Positions 1-9,133 of a stretch of DNA of 64,000 nucleotides are shown here, piece by piece. Origin of the DNA: an uncultured Collinsella sp. (GTDB taxonomy: Bacteria > Actinomycetota > Coriobacteriia > Coriobacteriales > Coriobacteriaceae); the NCBI GenBank assembly GCA_900545485.1, contig UQZD01000005.1, forward strand, positions 6,464 to 70,463, written 5' to 3'. Numbering within the stretch: the stretch's first letter is position 1; each line of letters opens with the position of its first letter. The position numbers were made by a program, and so were the translations under genes. The notes under the pieces were generated by a model that saw only the letters and a program-made list of their open reading frames with translations, did not search any database and was not told where the DNA came from.

Positions 1-101
1 TCGCCGCCGAACGGTCACACAACGCAGCGACGCTTTCGTTATTTGCGAACAGGTGTGGTTTATGGCAAAGTGTGCCCAAACTAATTTTTAGGAAGGTACC
101 C

Positions 102-755
102 ATGACCCCCGCACAGATTGAGTTTTACAAGCGCCTCGCACACGGTCTGGCGCTCCAATTTGGCCCCAACTGCGAAGTCGTCGTCCACGATCTGGAGACC
201 GATGACGTGGACCACTCCATCGTGGTGATCGAAAACGGCCACGTCAGCGGGCGCAAACTGGGTGACGGCCCCAGCCATATCGTATTTGAGTCCATGCACG
301 AGGGCGCCACCGATGTACACGACCGCGAGCCGTACCTCACTAAAACCACCGACGGCAAGCTGCTCAAGTCCTCGACGATCTTTATCCGCAACGACGAGGG
401 CAAGCCCGTCGGCATTTTGGGCATCAACTTTGACATTACGCTTATGAAGGCTTTTGAGCGCTCGCTCGATGCCTTTACCGGCACCGGCGGCACGGGCTAC
501 ACTGAGCCCGAGCCCATTACCAAGAACATCGGCGACCTGCTCGAGGACCTGCTGCACGAGTGCGAGCAGTTTGTGGGCAAGCCCGCGGCACTCATGACCA
601 AAGACGAGCGCATTCGTGCCATTGGCTACCTCGACCGTCGCGGTGCCTTCCTCATTTCCAAGTCGAGCGAGCGCGCCTGCGAGTTCTTTGGCATCTCCAA
701 GTACAGCTTCTATAGCTACCTCAATGAGGCCAAGGCGGCGGCCGGCGACAAGTAG
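102..755 (+). CDS. YheO/DauR-family transcriptional regulator (PAS-like + HTH)
   Basis: FGPNCEVVVHDL...IENGHVSGRKLG N-terminal motif; C-terminal GAFLISKS...FFGISKYSFYSYL HTH; AGGAAGG RBS before the ATG at 102. Confidence 0.9.
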   Translation: MTPAQIEFYKRLAHGLALQFGPNCEVVVHDLETDDVDHSIVVIENGHVSGRKLGDGPSHIVFESMHEGATDVHDREPYLTKTTDGKLLKSSTIFIRNDEGKPVGILGINFDITLMKAFERSLDAFTGTGGTGYTEPEPITKNIGDLLEDLLHECEQFVGKPAALMTKDERIRAIGYLDRRGAFLISKSSERACEFFGISKYSFYSYLNEAKAAAGDK

Positions 756-947
756 GCACTCGCCTGGATTGCCCCTCCCTTTTTGGGCGCGAGTTCTGGA
801 AAGCACGAATCCGAGACCGAGCCGCTTGGGAAGTTCCATATAATCGATGTCATTAGTATTTCGAAAGGATGGGACAGAATGGCGTTGAGCAAGGCATCAT
901 GCACCGGTCGCGGATTGATTCCGGCAATTGGTGGACATGTGCACCGC

Positions 948-1868
948 ATGTTCGATGAGGGTGAAGACGACCTGTTTTCGCTGAACCTTGACGACGTGAT
1001 GGATGATCGCCCGTGGACCGCCGACGAACTCATGGGCGGCGGCGGGGCTCGCCCGTCAAGCCCCAATCCCGCACTTGCGCCTGAGCCCGTATCTGCGCCG
1101 ACTCCTGCGCAGTCGCCTGTTTCGACGCCCGCGCCTACGCCCGCACCCACTTCGGCGCCCACGCCCGCTCCCCGCCCCGCAAGCGACCCGTCCGAGACGG
1201 CGGCATTTCTCGCAGCAGCGACGCAGGGCAAATCGGCCGACAGCACCGTTATGTACAGCGCCCAGCAGTTGCCTGTTCCTGCGGCACGCAAGCCTCCGGT
1301 CGCAAGGCTCGATGAGCCCGTTGCCCATCAGGTTGCCTACGATTCCTGGGCTGCAACCGATCTGGATGAGACCTCTACCGGCATGCCGGCGCTCGATGTT
1401 CCAGTTAACCCGCTTTTTGCCGCCAACACGAGCGCCGCGGACTATGAGGGCGGTGCGGCATATTCCGGTTATTCCGATGGCTATGCTGGCACCGGTCGCA
1501 TCGAGACCGAGGATTATGGCACCGCATCGAGCGATTATCTCAACGATCCGTACGCCGCCACGCCTGCACCGGAATATGACCCGGAGGCCGCGTCCGCGCC
1601 GGCGTATACCAAAAGCACGGGCGAAGAGCGCTTCGCCGATTATTACGCCGAGGAAAAGGCGCTGCGTTTCTCGGAATTTCCGCAGGCAGTCAAGGTTGCC
1701 TTTATCGCCATTATCATTGCCCTGCTCGGTGTCATTGCGTTTGAGGGGTTCCAGCTGTTCCGCGGCCCCACCCAAGCGGAGTCGGAGACCCAGCAAAAAG
1801 AGGACGACAACCAGTACCTGGACATCAACACCCTCAAGGGCGACCCCAACGACGAGGACGACGAGTAG
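948..1868 (+). CDS. Pro/Ala-rich, acidic hypothetical membrane protein
   Basis: PAPT repeats; single hydrophobic segment VAFIAIIIALLGVIAF near the C-terminus; start uncertain. Confidence 0.65.
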   Translation: MFDEGEDDLFSLNLDDVMDDRPWTADELMGGGGARPSSPNPALAPEPVSAPTPAQSPVSTPAPTPAPTSAPTPAPRPASDPSETAAFLAAATQGKSADSTVMYSAQQLPVPAARKPPVARLDEPVAHQVAYDSWAATDLDETSTGMPALDVPVNPLFAANTSAADYEGGAAYSGYSDGYAGTGRIETEDYGTASSDYLNDPYAATPAPEYDPEAASAPAYTKSTGEERFADYYAEEKALRFSEFPQAVKVAFIAIIIALLGVIAFEGFQLFRGPTQAESETQQKEDDNQYLDINTLKGDPNDEDDE

Positions 1869-2233
1869 CGAGGGCTGAAGGCGACCACAGGATCCCGCAT
1901 CCAGCACTGACTTCTAAGTGCTGTTTTGTCATCCAGCCACACTTTTCCGAAGTTTTAAGGTGCCTATCTCGACACTTTTCCGTACTTTTACACGGCTGAT
2001 TTCGACACTTTTCCGGATGGAAGCCGAATAATCACTTGGGAAACCAACGCCATCCGCGCGTCATTTCGCGGATGGCGCTTGATTTCTGTCCGTACACGTT
2101 GATAGACCCCATCGTGCCCGCAAGGAGCGGGCGCGTTTTATCCAGAGTCGGGGTAGAGAGTTGGCTCCACGATCCCGACGCCAACCGGCCAAGAGGCACG
2201 GTGGCCCTGCCAATATCGATGAAAGGAGTCCGT

Positions 2234-2986
2234 ATGGACAATTTCTCCGTGCGCAGTGAGCGCAACTTCCACAACCTGGCAGCCAAGCCAAAACGAATGC
2301 ATCTTCTGGACAAGCCGAACGGCTATGCCTCGGCCATGGTCAAGAGCAGCCTCCCCCACCAGATGTGCTTTACCGTGCAGGCGCTCGAGAAAGAGCTCTA
2401 CACCGCCGGCGACCCGCACGTACTGCAGATCAAGCTGCTTGGAGACGACTCGCGCGAGCTGTCTAGCTGGAAGCTGTTTGCCGACGGCACGTGCGTCGCA
2501 AGCGGTTCGGGTGACTTTGCCCGCGAGTGCTTCTGCGAGGGAGCTGAGGTGTTTCTGGACCTGTGTCGCGACGCCGTCGAGACTGCCGAGCTGTGCCAGT
2601 GGAGCGAGAGGGAGTACGAGCTGTTGGGTGCCGCGCGCGGGATTGCGGGGGGGTGTAGGAACAGAAGCCTCATGACGGTGGCCTCAGCTGGAATGACGTA
2701 TCGCTCGATAAATGATCTCAACAACGTAGCCGATGCGCCGCATTTCACCTCAAAGGCATTGAGCGATCAGGAGGCGTCCAGCATTTCTTTGATATCCCCA
2801 ATTGATTGTTCCGAGAAAGTCTCTTCATGTCCTTATAATCGCCCTTACGAGAAACGTGGACGAGACAGGCGTCCATATGCCGTCTCTAAACTAACGAGCC
2901 GTTCGCGGAAAGAACATCTGGCTAGCATGGGCCAAAGACATACTGGTATCGCTGCAACAATTATGGAAGATCGGCACCACCAATGA
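2234..2986 (+). CDS. hypothetical protein (C-terminal ~110 aa probably read-through past a G7 tract)
   Basis: AAAGGAG RBS before ATG 2234; host-like codons up to about 2655, then AT-richer sequence. Confidence 0.55.
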   Translation: MDNFSVRSERNFHNLAAKPKRMHLLDKPNGYASAMVKSSLPHQMCFTVQALEKELYTAGDPHVLQIKLLGDDSRELSSWKLFADGTCVASGSGDFARECFCEGAEVFLDLCRDAVETAELCQWSEREYELLGAARGIAGGCRNRSLMTVASAGMTYRSINDLNNVADAPHFTSKALSDQEASSISLISPIDCSEKVSSCPYNRPYEKRGRDRRPYAVSKLTSRSRKEHLASMGQRHTGIAATIMEDRHHQ

Positions 2987-4797
2987 CCTCCTTGAAATTC
3001 TCCAGGCGCTTCGCGCTTAGCCTGCTCGCCTCGCTGTCCGCCACCGTAGCGCTTGCTTTGCCCTCAACCGCCCTAGCCGCGTCGGACCCGAACCCGCCCA
3101 GCATCTCCAACGTGACGATATCCGCGACGACAGTCACGGCCGGCTCCACGCTGCATGTCGGCTATAGCGTCGATGACCCTGACGGGGTACGGTCCGTCAC
3201 GCCCATAGTCGAAGTCCTTGTCGAAAACGATACCGGAGACCATGGAATCAGTTCCCGTCTCGCCTTCTCGTCGACCGGCAACACGACCGCGGGCTTCGAT
3301 ATCTCCACCTCCCCGAGCGACCGGCCCTGCAGGTACCGGATCATCGGCCTCGGCGTGACCGATAGTCTTGGATGGGTTACCGATGTCTACGACACGACGT
3401 ATGCCGAGGAGAAGGGGCTCGACTGTCCGACCTTCACCACCGACCCCCTCGAGTATGAGGTGACCGAGGGACCCGAGGACCAAAACCCGCCGACCGTGTC
3501 CTCCGTGTCGCTCTCGAGCAGGGAGGTCGCAACCGGTGCCGACCTCCACATCTCTTGGACCGTCTCCGATGCCGACGGCGTTCGCTCCGTTTCCCCCATA
3601 CTGCGGCAGGGCTGGGAGAATTCGGACGACGGCTGCTCTGTTTCGTCAGCCTATTATCACGGAGGCTCGTCTATCGACGGGTTTGACCTCACATTCGACA
3701 GCAATAGGATCGGAAGGCACAGGCTGATCGGCCTTTCGGTCACCGATGGCCTAGGGTTCGAGACCGATGTGTACGAGAGTTCCTACGCCAGGGCCAACGG
3801 CATTTCGGGCGCGACTTTCTCGGTTGGCGACCCGAGCGAGCTGTGCTTCGAGGTGACCGGCAGCGCGATCGACCGGAACCCGCCCACGGTCTCGAACGTT
3901 TCCATCTCCGCGAAGAGGGTCCCCGTCGGCGGGATCCTCCGTATCTATTGCAATGTAGGCGACGCGGACGGCGTAAAGTCTGTCTCCCCGATCCTCGGCG
4001 ACCCCGGCTATGTCGAGGACCCGAACTCTTTAAAGACCCGCAAAACGTTGAGCTGCAGCTACGATGCGGCAAGGGGCTATATCGAAATCGAGTTCCCCAC
4101 GTCGCTCTCGATGGGCTCGTTTGAAATCCAAGCCCTCGCGGTCCTCGACAAGACGGGCCACGAGACCTTCGTCTACAGCTCCGCCTACGCCGAGCGTAAC
4201 GGCAAGACCGGCGTTCAGACCTTTGATGTCGACGACGCGGGGGACGTCACCTTCGACGTGACCGCTCCGCTGTATGCCGCCACCAAGGGCGACGGGCAGG
4301 CGTATGCAAAGGACGGCGAGGCCGGTCTGACCTTCCGCTTCAGCGGTCCTCTCGATGAGTTCACGCGTCTCCTCGTGGACGGAACTGAGGTCTCCGCCGA
4401 GAACTACACCGCAACCAGGGGCAGCACGATTATCGAGCTCAGGCCGTCCTACCTGGACACGCTCGCCGGCGGCGGACACACCGTCACGGCCGTCTGGAAG
4501 GACGGGACGGCGACCGATGCGTCCTTCACCGTGGAGGGGAAGGCCCAAGGGGAGCAGGCGGGCGGAAAGACCGACGTAGATTCACCCGGCGACAACAAAA
4601 GTGATCCTGCCACTCCTGAAAAGGACGCCGACGAGGCGGCTACAAAAAAGTCGGGACACACGACAGCCGATGAACCAAAGCTCGCTGCAACCGGCGACTC
4701 CACTTGGATGGCCAGCATCGCATTGGCCATGGCGGCCACGGCCTGCTTCACGGCAGCGAGAAGGCTTGAGCCCAAGCAGCATAGGCACGAACAGTAG
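2983..4797 (+). CDS. sortase-anchored surface protein with three tandem Ig-like repeats and an X2-like domain
   Basis: Signal peptide ending ALA; three repeats beginning D-x-NPP(S/T)(I/V)S, each with DxDGVxSVxPI; LAATG sorting motif + TM + basic tail. Confidence 0.8.
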   Translation: MTSLKFSRRFALSLLASLSATVALALPSTALAASDPNPPSISNVTISATTVTAGSTLHVGYSVDDPDGVRSVTPIVEVLVENDTGDHGISSRLAFSSTGNTTAGFDISTSPSDRPCRYRIIGLGVTDSLGWVTDVYDTTYAEEKGLDCPTFTTDPLEYEVTEGPEDQNPPTVSSVSLSSREVATGADLHISWTVSDADGVRSVSPILRQGWENSDDGCSVSSAYYHGGSSIDGFDLTFDSNRIGRHRLIGLSVTDGLGFETDVYESSYARANGISGATFSVGDPSELCFEVTGSAIDRNPPTVSNVSISAKRVPVGGILRIYCNVGDADGVKSVSPILGDPGYVEDPNSLKTRKTLSCSYDAARGYIEIEFPTSLSMGSFEIQALAVLDKTGHETFVYSSAYAERNGKTGVQTFDVDDAGDVTFDVTAPLYAATKGDGQAYAKDGEAGLTFRFSGPLDEFTRLLVDGTEVSAENYTATRGSTIIELRPSYLDTLAGGGHTVTAVWKDGTATDASFTVEGKAQGEQAGGKTDVDSPGDNKSDPATPEKDADEAATKKSGHTTADEPKLAATGDSTWMASIALAMAATACFTAARRLEPKQHRHEQ

Positions 4798-4979
4798 CTC
4801 AAAGCGAACTCAACTGGGAAGGGCAGATGGATAGCCGTCCTTCTCTTATAATCAACCCAATCCGCTGAAATGCAATCAGTTAACGAGTTTCGCCAGACGC
4901 TCGGCCTCTACCCCGCTCTAGCAAGCCACCAGGCGATGAGATAATGCCCACGACTATCAACGTAAGCAAGGAGCGCGCT

Positions 4980-6215
4980 ATGGCAGACAACGAGACCAAA
5001 CCCTCGGCGAACGACGGCCGAGAGGAGCTCGTGGCAAAACAGCTCGCATCGACCAAAATCCACCTCGCGCTCACTCAGAAGCGGGTGGACGTCTCCGGCG
5101 CCATCAAGCTACCGCTCGAGCGAATTCCCCAACTCGGCGTGGCGTTCGCCTCGCTCCCCTCGATGTTTCGCACCGTCACCAACACGGTGAGCGTGCCCAC
5201 GCTGCTCCAGGCGACTGACAAATATGGTAACCCGCTCGATCCGTCGAAACTCAACACGTTCAAGGACGGCAGCGGTCTCACAGGGGGCTACCGCGACGCC
5301 GCCAAGGGCCTTGGGCAGGCGCGCTTCCACGTAGTCGAGGGCGACATCGCCACGAGCGTCACGCAGGTGCCTTACGATCCAACATCGCTATTCATGGCAG
5401 CCGCAATCGCGCAGATAAACCAAAAGCTCGACTCCATCCAGGAGTCCGTCGACGAAATGTTCGAGTACATGCGTCAGCGCGACAAGGCCAACATGCGTGG
5501 CAACCTCAAGACGCTCGCAGACATCCTCAACGGTTACGGCCTCAACTACGGCAACGCCACCTACATGGCAAACGCCCATATGAAGGTGCTCGACATCAAG
5601 CAGTCGTCCGCGCAGGACATGGAACTCTTCCGCTCGCAGGCACAGGCGGATCTGAAAAAGAAAGGGTTCATCGAGGTGCGAGACGGCTTGGGCAGACGCC
5701 TCGACAAGGTGCTCGACTACCTCAAAGACTGCCAGCTCGCCACCTACATCCACGCGTTCTCGCTGTTCCTCGAACCCATGCTCGCCCAGAACTTCGAGCC
5801 CGCAAAGCTCGCGGACGCCACTGCGAAGATCGAGGCTGATTCGATCGCGTACCGCGAGCTCTACACCGACTGCTACAACGCACTCGAAGCGGGGGCTGTC
5901 GACACCGTCGATGCAGCACTGCTGGGCGGTATCGCGTCCGCGGGCAAATTGCTCGGTCACGCCATCGCAAAGACCCCCGTGGGCGACCATACACTCATCG
6001 ACGAGGCGCTCGAAGGCGCAGGAGAGAGCATCGGAAAGTTCAACGACAAGCAATCCGAGAAACTCCTCGAAAAGCTCCATCAGGCAAAGACGCCCGACGT
6101 CACGCCGTTCAAGCAGAGCGTAAAGGAGATCGACACCCTCTACAACCGCCCCGCGCAGATCGCCGTGGACGCCGAGAACGTCTACATCTTGCCTGCCAAG
6201 CAGCAGGAAGAGTAA
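4980..6215 (+). CDS. hypothetical alpha-helical protein
   Basis: Long ORF with host-like codon usage and AAGGAG RBS; no motif recognised. Confidence 0.7.
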   Translation: MADNETKPSANDGREELVAKQLASTKIHLALTQKRVDVSGAIKLPLERIPQLGVAFASLPSMFRTVTNTVSVPTLLQATDKYGNPLDPSKLNTFKDGSGLTGGYRDAAKGLGQARFHVVEGDIATSVTQVPYDPTSLFMAAAIAQINQKLDSIQESVDEMFEYMRQRDKANMRGNLKTLADILNGYGLNYGNATYMANAHMKVLDIKQSSAQDMELFRSQAQADLKKKGFIEVRDGLGRRLDKVLDYLKDCQLATYIHAFSLFLEPMLAQNFEPAKLADATAKIEADSIAYRELYTDCYNALEAGAVDTVDAALLGGIASAGKLLGHAIAKTPVGDHTLIDEALEGAGESIGKFNDKQSEKLLEKLHQAKTPDVTPFKQSVKEIDTLYNRPAQIAVDAENVYILPAKQQEE

Positions 6216-6256
6216 CGATACGCGACAGGCACGCGCCATGCAGACAGCTAACGCCC

Positions 6257-6991
6257 CTACCTTCCCGCCGCCTTCAGCTTCAGCAGCAGGTCGCCCAGCT
6301 CGGGGCACTTGCTAGAGAGGCGTGTCTGGGCCCGCTCGCCCATCCCCCAACGTTGGCGGACTTCTTGGGCGCGCGGACTCACGTGATAGTCCCCGTCCAT
6401 CACCTGCTTGAGCAGCTTGGCGGTCACGCGCGCATCGGCTAGGGCGCTGTGGGCATGGCCCGTCGACTCGTCAAACTCGATGCCGAACCACGTTGCCGCG
6501 TCGCCCAACGAGACGCGCCCGTGGCTGCCAACGTCCATGATCGAGGTGTAAAACGCCTGCAGGTCGGCCCAGTCCGTAGGAAATGTGGAAAGGTCGATGT
6601 GCTTTGCCTGGCACTCGGTCAAAAGCTGCCGACGGTCCGCACCGCTCCAACAGACCACCTGGGCGGAGTAGCGACCGATCCAATCGCTGAGCCTTTTTAT
6701 CACCATGTAGAGCGGATCGGCCATCGCGGTGTCCACGGCCGATATCCCCGTGAGCTCGCGGACGGGATACGCAACGCCTTCGGTAAATTCCGTCTGCACA
6801 AACTGCGAGAACTCGCCCATAACGTTGCCGTGGTAATCGAGCTTAACGGCGCCGACCTCGATAATCTCATTGCGCAGCCCACGGCGCTGGCGCTGCTTTG
6901 GCACCGGCGCAAACTCAAAGTCCAGCACAATCTGGCGCGCAAAGTTCGTCGTATCGATAGCCGAGATACACAGCGTCTTTTCAGCTGACAC
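6257..6991 (-). CDS. DEDDh 3'-5' exonuclease (DnaQ/KapD-like)
   Basis: IVLDFEF (ExoI), EIIEVGAVKL, HSALADA (ExoIII). Confidence 0.85.
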   Translation of the reverse strand: MSAEKTLCISAIDTTNFARQIVLDFEFAPVPKQRQRRGLRNEIIEVGAVKLDYHGNVMGEFSQFVQTEFTEGVAYPVRELTGISAVDTAMADPLYMVIKRLSDWIGRYSAQVVCWSGADRRQLLTECQAKHIDLSTFPTDWADLQAFYTSIMDVGSHGRVSLGDAATWFGIEFDESTGHAHSALADARVTAKLLKQVMDGDYHVSPRAQEVRQRWGMGERAQTRLSSKCPELGDLLLKLKAAGR

Positions 6992-7144
6992 GGTTAGGGC
7001 CTTTCTCCGTCAACTGCCGCTTGCTACATAAGCGGCTACATTGCCGTAAGGATAGGCGCCCGTGCGGACATGAAATCGCACAGCACGGCTTTCCGGCATC
7101 CTTGCGTAAAGCCACACTTTGAGAGAATCACGCCACTGTTATTA

Positions 7145-7160
7145 TCGAACATATATTCGT
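7145..7160. promoter_or_regulatory. LexA (SOS) box-like site
   Basis: TCGAACATATATTCGT resembles the Gram-positive/actinobacterial GAAC-N4-GTTC box with one core mismatch; lies between the divergent exonuclease and small toxin genes and overlaps the putative -35. Confidence 0.45.
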
Positions 7161-7249
7161 ATTTATAGCAGTACTTTGATAGAATTGCAGTTGTTGACGG
7201 CAGTTCCATGTGCCGGGCAGCGCCCTCCATGCGACGGGAGGTGATGCCC

Positions 7250-7375
7250 ATGACCGATCTGACTGATTTCGTGAAGCTCCTGACCGCTTTGGTCTCGCTC
7301 CTCACGGCGCTTATCGGACTTTCCGAGGCACTTAAGCAGCGTACGAAGCAAAAGAAGAGGGGTCGACGCCGTTAA
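7250..7375 (+). CDS. putative type I toxin peptide (41 aa), not in the ORF track
   Basis: MTDLTDFVKLLTALVSLLTALIGLSEALKQRTKQKKRGRRR: one hydrophobic helix + basic tail; GGAGG SD at 7237-7241 can pair with CCTCC at 7224-7228; extended -10 TGATAGAAT at 7177-7185. Confidence 0.7.
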   Translation: MTDLTDFVKLLTALVSLLTALIGLSEALKQRTKQKKRGRRR

Positions 7376-7437
7376 GGCATTGACCCCTTAATCGAAGTAA
7401 CGGCGCTGCCCAGCTATCCACAACTTGGGCTGCCGTC
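7350..7437 (-). ncRNA. putative antisense antitoxin RNA
   Basis: Minus-strand promoter TTGTTA-N17-TAGAAT (7472-7444); terminator hairpin 7358-7388 followed by CTTCTTTT, overlapping the toxin stop codon; ends approximate. Confidence 0.55.
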
Positions 7438-7525
7438 GACCTTATTCTACCCACGGACATTGAGTTTAACAAATGGTTTTTTCGGTAGCGAAGCCTCGGT
7501 CCCTCAGCCGCTCAGCACCTGCTTC

Positions 7526-8167
7526 CTACTCCAGCCACCATTCCATATCCACGGAGCACTCGACCTCGATAGGCTCTGGCTCCAGCACCGTCTCCTCGGA
7601 GCCTCCGGACGCCCCATCGGGAGCACACGCGGCAACACAGTATGTTCGACCATAGCCCGCCGCCCGACTGTTATACGAGATATGCTTGACGCCGCCCAGC
7701 ATAGACCCCGCCGCAACGGCAAGTGCCTGCGCGTTGCCGCGAGCACGTTCAACCGCACGGGCAATCAGGGCGTCTTCCGCCGCGCGCTGATCCGCCAACT
7801 CAAATCGAATGCTCATGTCGGCATGTGACTCGCAGGTATTGAGTGCGGTCCACACAGCAGCAAAGTCAGTCGAATCGACAGGCGCGGCAACCGTACCGTA
7901 CGCATAGTAGTTGTAGCCCACAATCGTCGCCTTCTTGCGCGTCATCTGCGCATAACAAGTGTACCGACAGCATGTTAATTCGCTATCCAAACCAAAGGGC
8001 GCCAGCGCGGCGGCTACGCGGGCGCGATCGGTGTTGTAATCCTCCAGGCACGATTCCTTGGTGGTGCGGCGACCACCAAAGCCAATGCTAAAGATCACGC
8101 GGTCGGGCATAACCTCGTCCTCTATCTCGGCGCCAACGCTCACATAACCGGTCTTATCCGTTGCCAT
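7526..8167 (-). CDS. SIMPL (DUF541) domain protein
   Basis: VMPDRVIFSIG...AVERARGNAQALAVAAGSMLGGVKHI...PEPIEVECSVDMEW pattern. Confidence 0.75.
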   Translation of the reverse strand: MATDKTGYVSVGAEIEDEVMPDRVIFSIGFGGRRTTKESCLEDYNTDRARVAAALAPFGLDSELTCCRYTCYAQMTRKKATIVGYNYYAYGTVAAPVDSTDFAAVWTALNTCESHADMSIRFELADQRAAEDALIARAVERARGNAQALAVAAGSMLGGVKHISYNSRAAGYGRTYCVAACAPDGASGGSEETVLEPEPIEVECSVDMEWWLE

Positions 8168-8371
8168 GACATCCGTCCTTTCCACGAATGGCTACGTTGC
8201 GGTAAGCGTAGCCACCCGTGCGGACACAAAAATGGGATGCTGTGCCACGCGCGCCAGGCACGCGCCATGCAGATGGCCCCAAGAGAGTCGCCCGCTCTAT
8301 TCAAATGGATGAAAAAGATTGAGGCCCGGTGACTTGAATCAGAGGTCATCCCGGGCCCATCAGAGCTCGTA

Positions 8372-8578
8372 GAGCTCTTGGTTGCTTTGGTCTCGCTCTT
8401 CACGGCGCTTATCGAACTTTCCGAGGCACTCAAGCAGCATTCGAAGCATAACAAATCGCTGCCATTAAGGCACCGACCTCTTGACCAAGCAACGGCGTTT
8501 CCCAGCTCTCCAGAACTTGGGCTGCCGTCAACTTTATTCTATCCGCGAGCATCTGGTTTACCAAATGGATTTTCGGTA
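8372..8578 (+). pseudogene. degenerate second copy of the toxin/antitoxin locus
   Basis: Imperfect repeat of about 7274-7488 (LVSLFTALIELSEALKQ); lacks the SD/start; keeps the minus-strand TTGGTA-N17-TAGAAT promoter (8564-8536). Confidence 0.6.
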
Positions 8579-8606
8579 AAGGAAGCACGGCACGCCCGCA
8601 AAACCA

Positions 8607-8990
8607 CTACGCCCCAAGTGCCGCCATGGGGATCACCGCCACGCCGTCGTCGCGTGTGTAGGCAATGCTCCCCTTTCCAACCACGACCGCCAAAAACGCC
8701 GGCGCGGCATTCTGGGCGGCAGGATTGGAGAGCACTTTCCTCTCCAGCGCCTTGAGATTTCTCGCTCCATCGTCTGCTTTCGCATCACTCAGCTTGACCT
8801 CGATGGCTCCCATCCGCACAGGTCCTCGGTCAGCTTGAGCCTGTTGAAGAGATCCAGGTGCGCAGCGATGGTCCTCTCGTCGGGGCCCGTCTCACCGTAC
8901 GAGGCGTCCTTTATGAGCGTCTTGTACGTGACAGCCTGGCTCTCGTTCATGGCAAGAGCTCGCAAAAGGCTGTGTGCAAGCTCGGGCGAT
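8607..8990 (-). pseudogene. remnant of an AAA+/DUF4143 ATP-binding protein
   Basis: C-terminal GAIEVKL...PAFLAVVVG...YTRDDGVAVIP joined out of frame to a mid-protein segment (LLRALAMNESQAVTYKTL...LTEDLCGWEP); no N-terminus. Confidence 0.65.
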
Positions 8991-9133
8991 CATGCGATAT
9001 ACGAAATTACGCCATTCTCAATGCTGTTTTTACGCCGTTCTCAATGTAGTTTTTACGCCATTTTCATTGTAGGTTTTACGCTTGGCATCCTTAGCGCGAC
9101 CCATTCCGAGCAATCACATCAGAGCGCGCTTGG

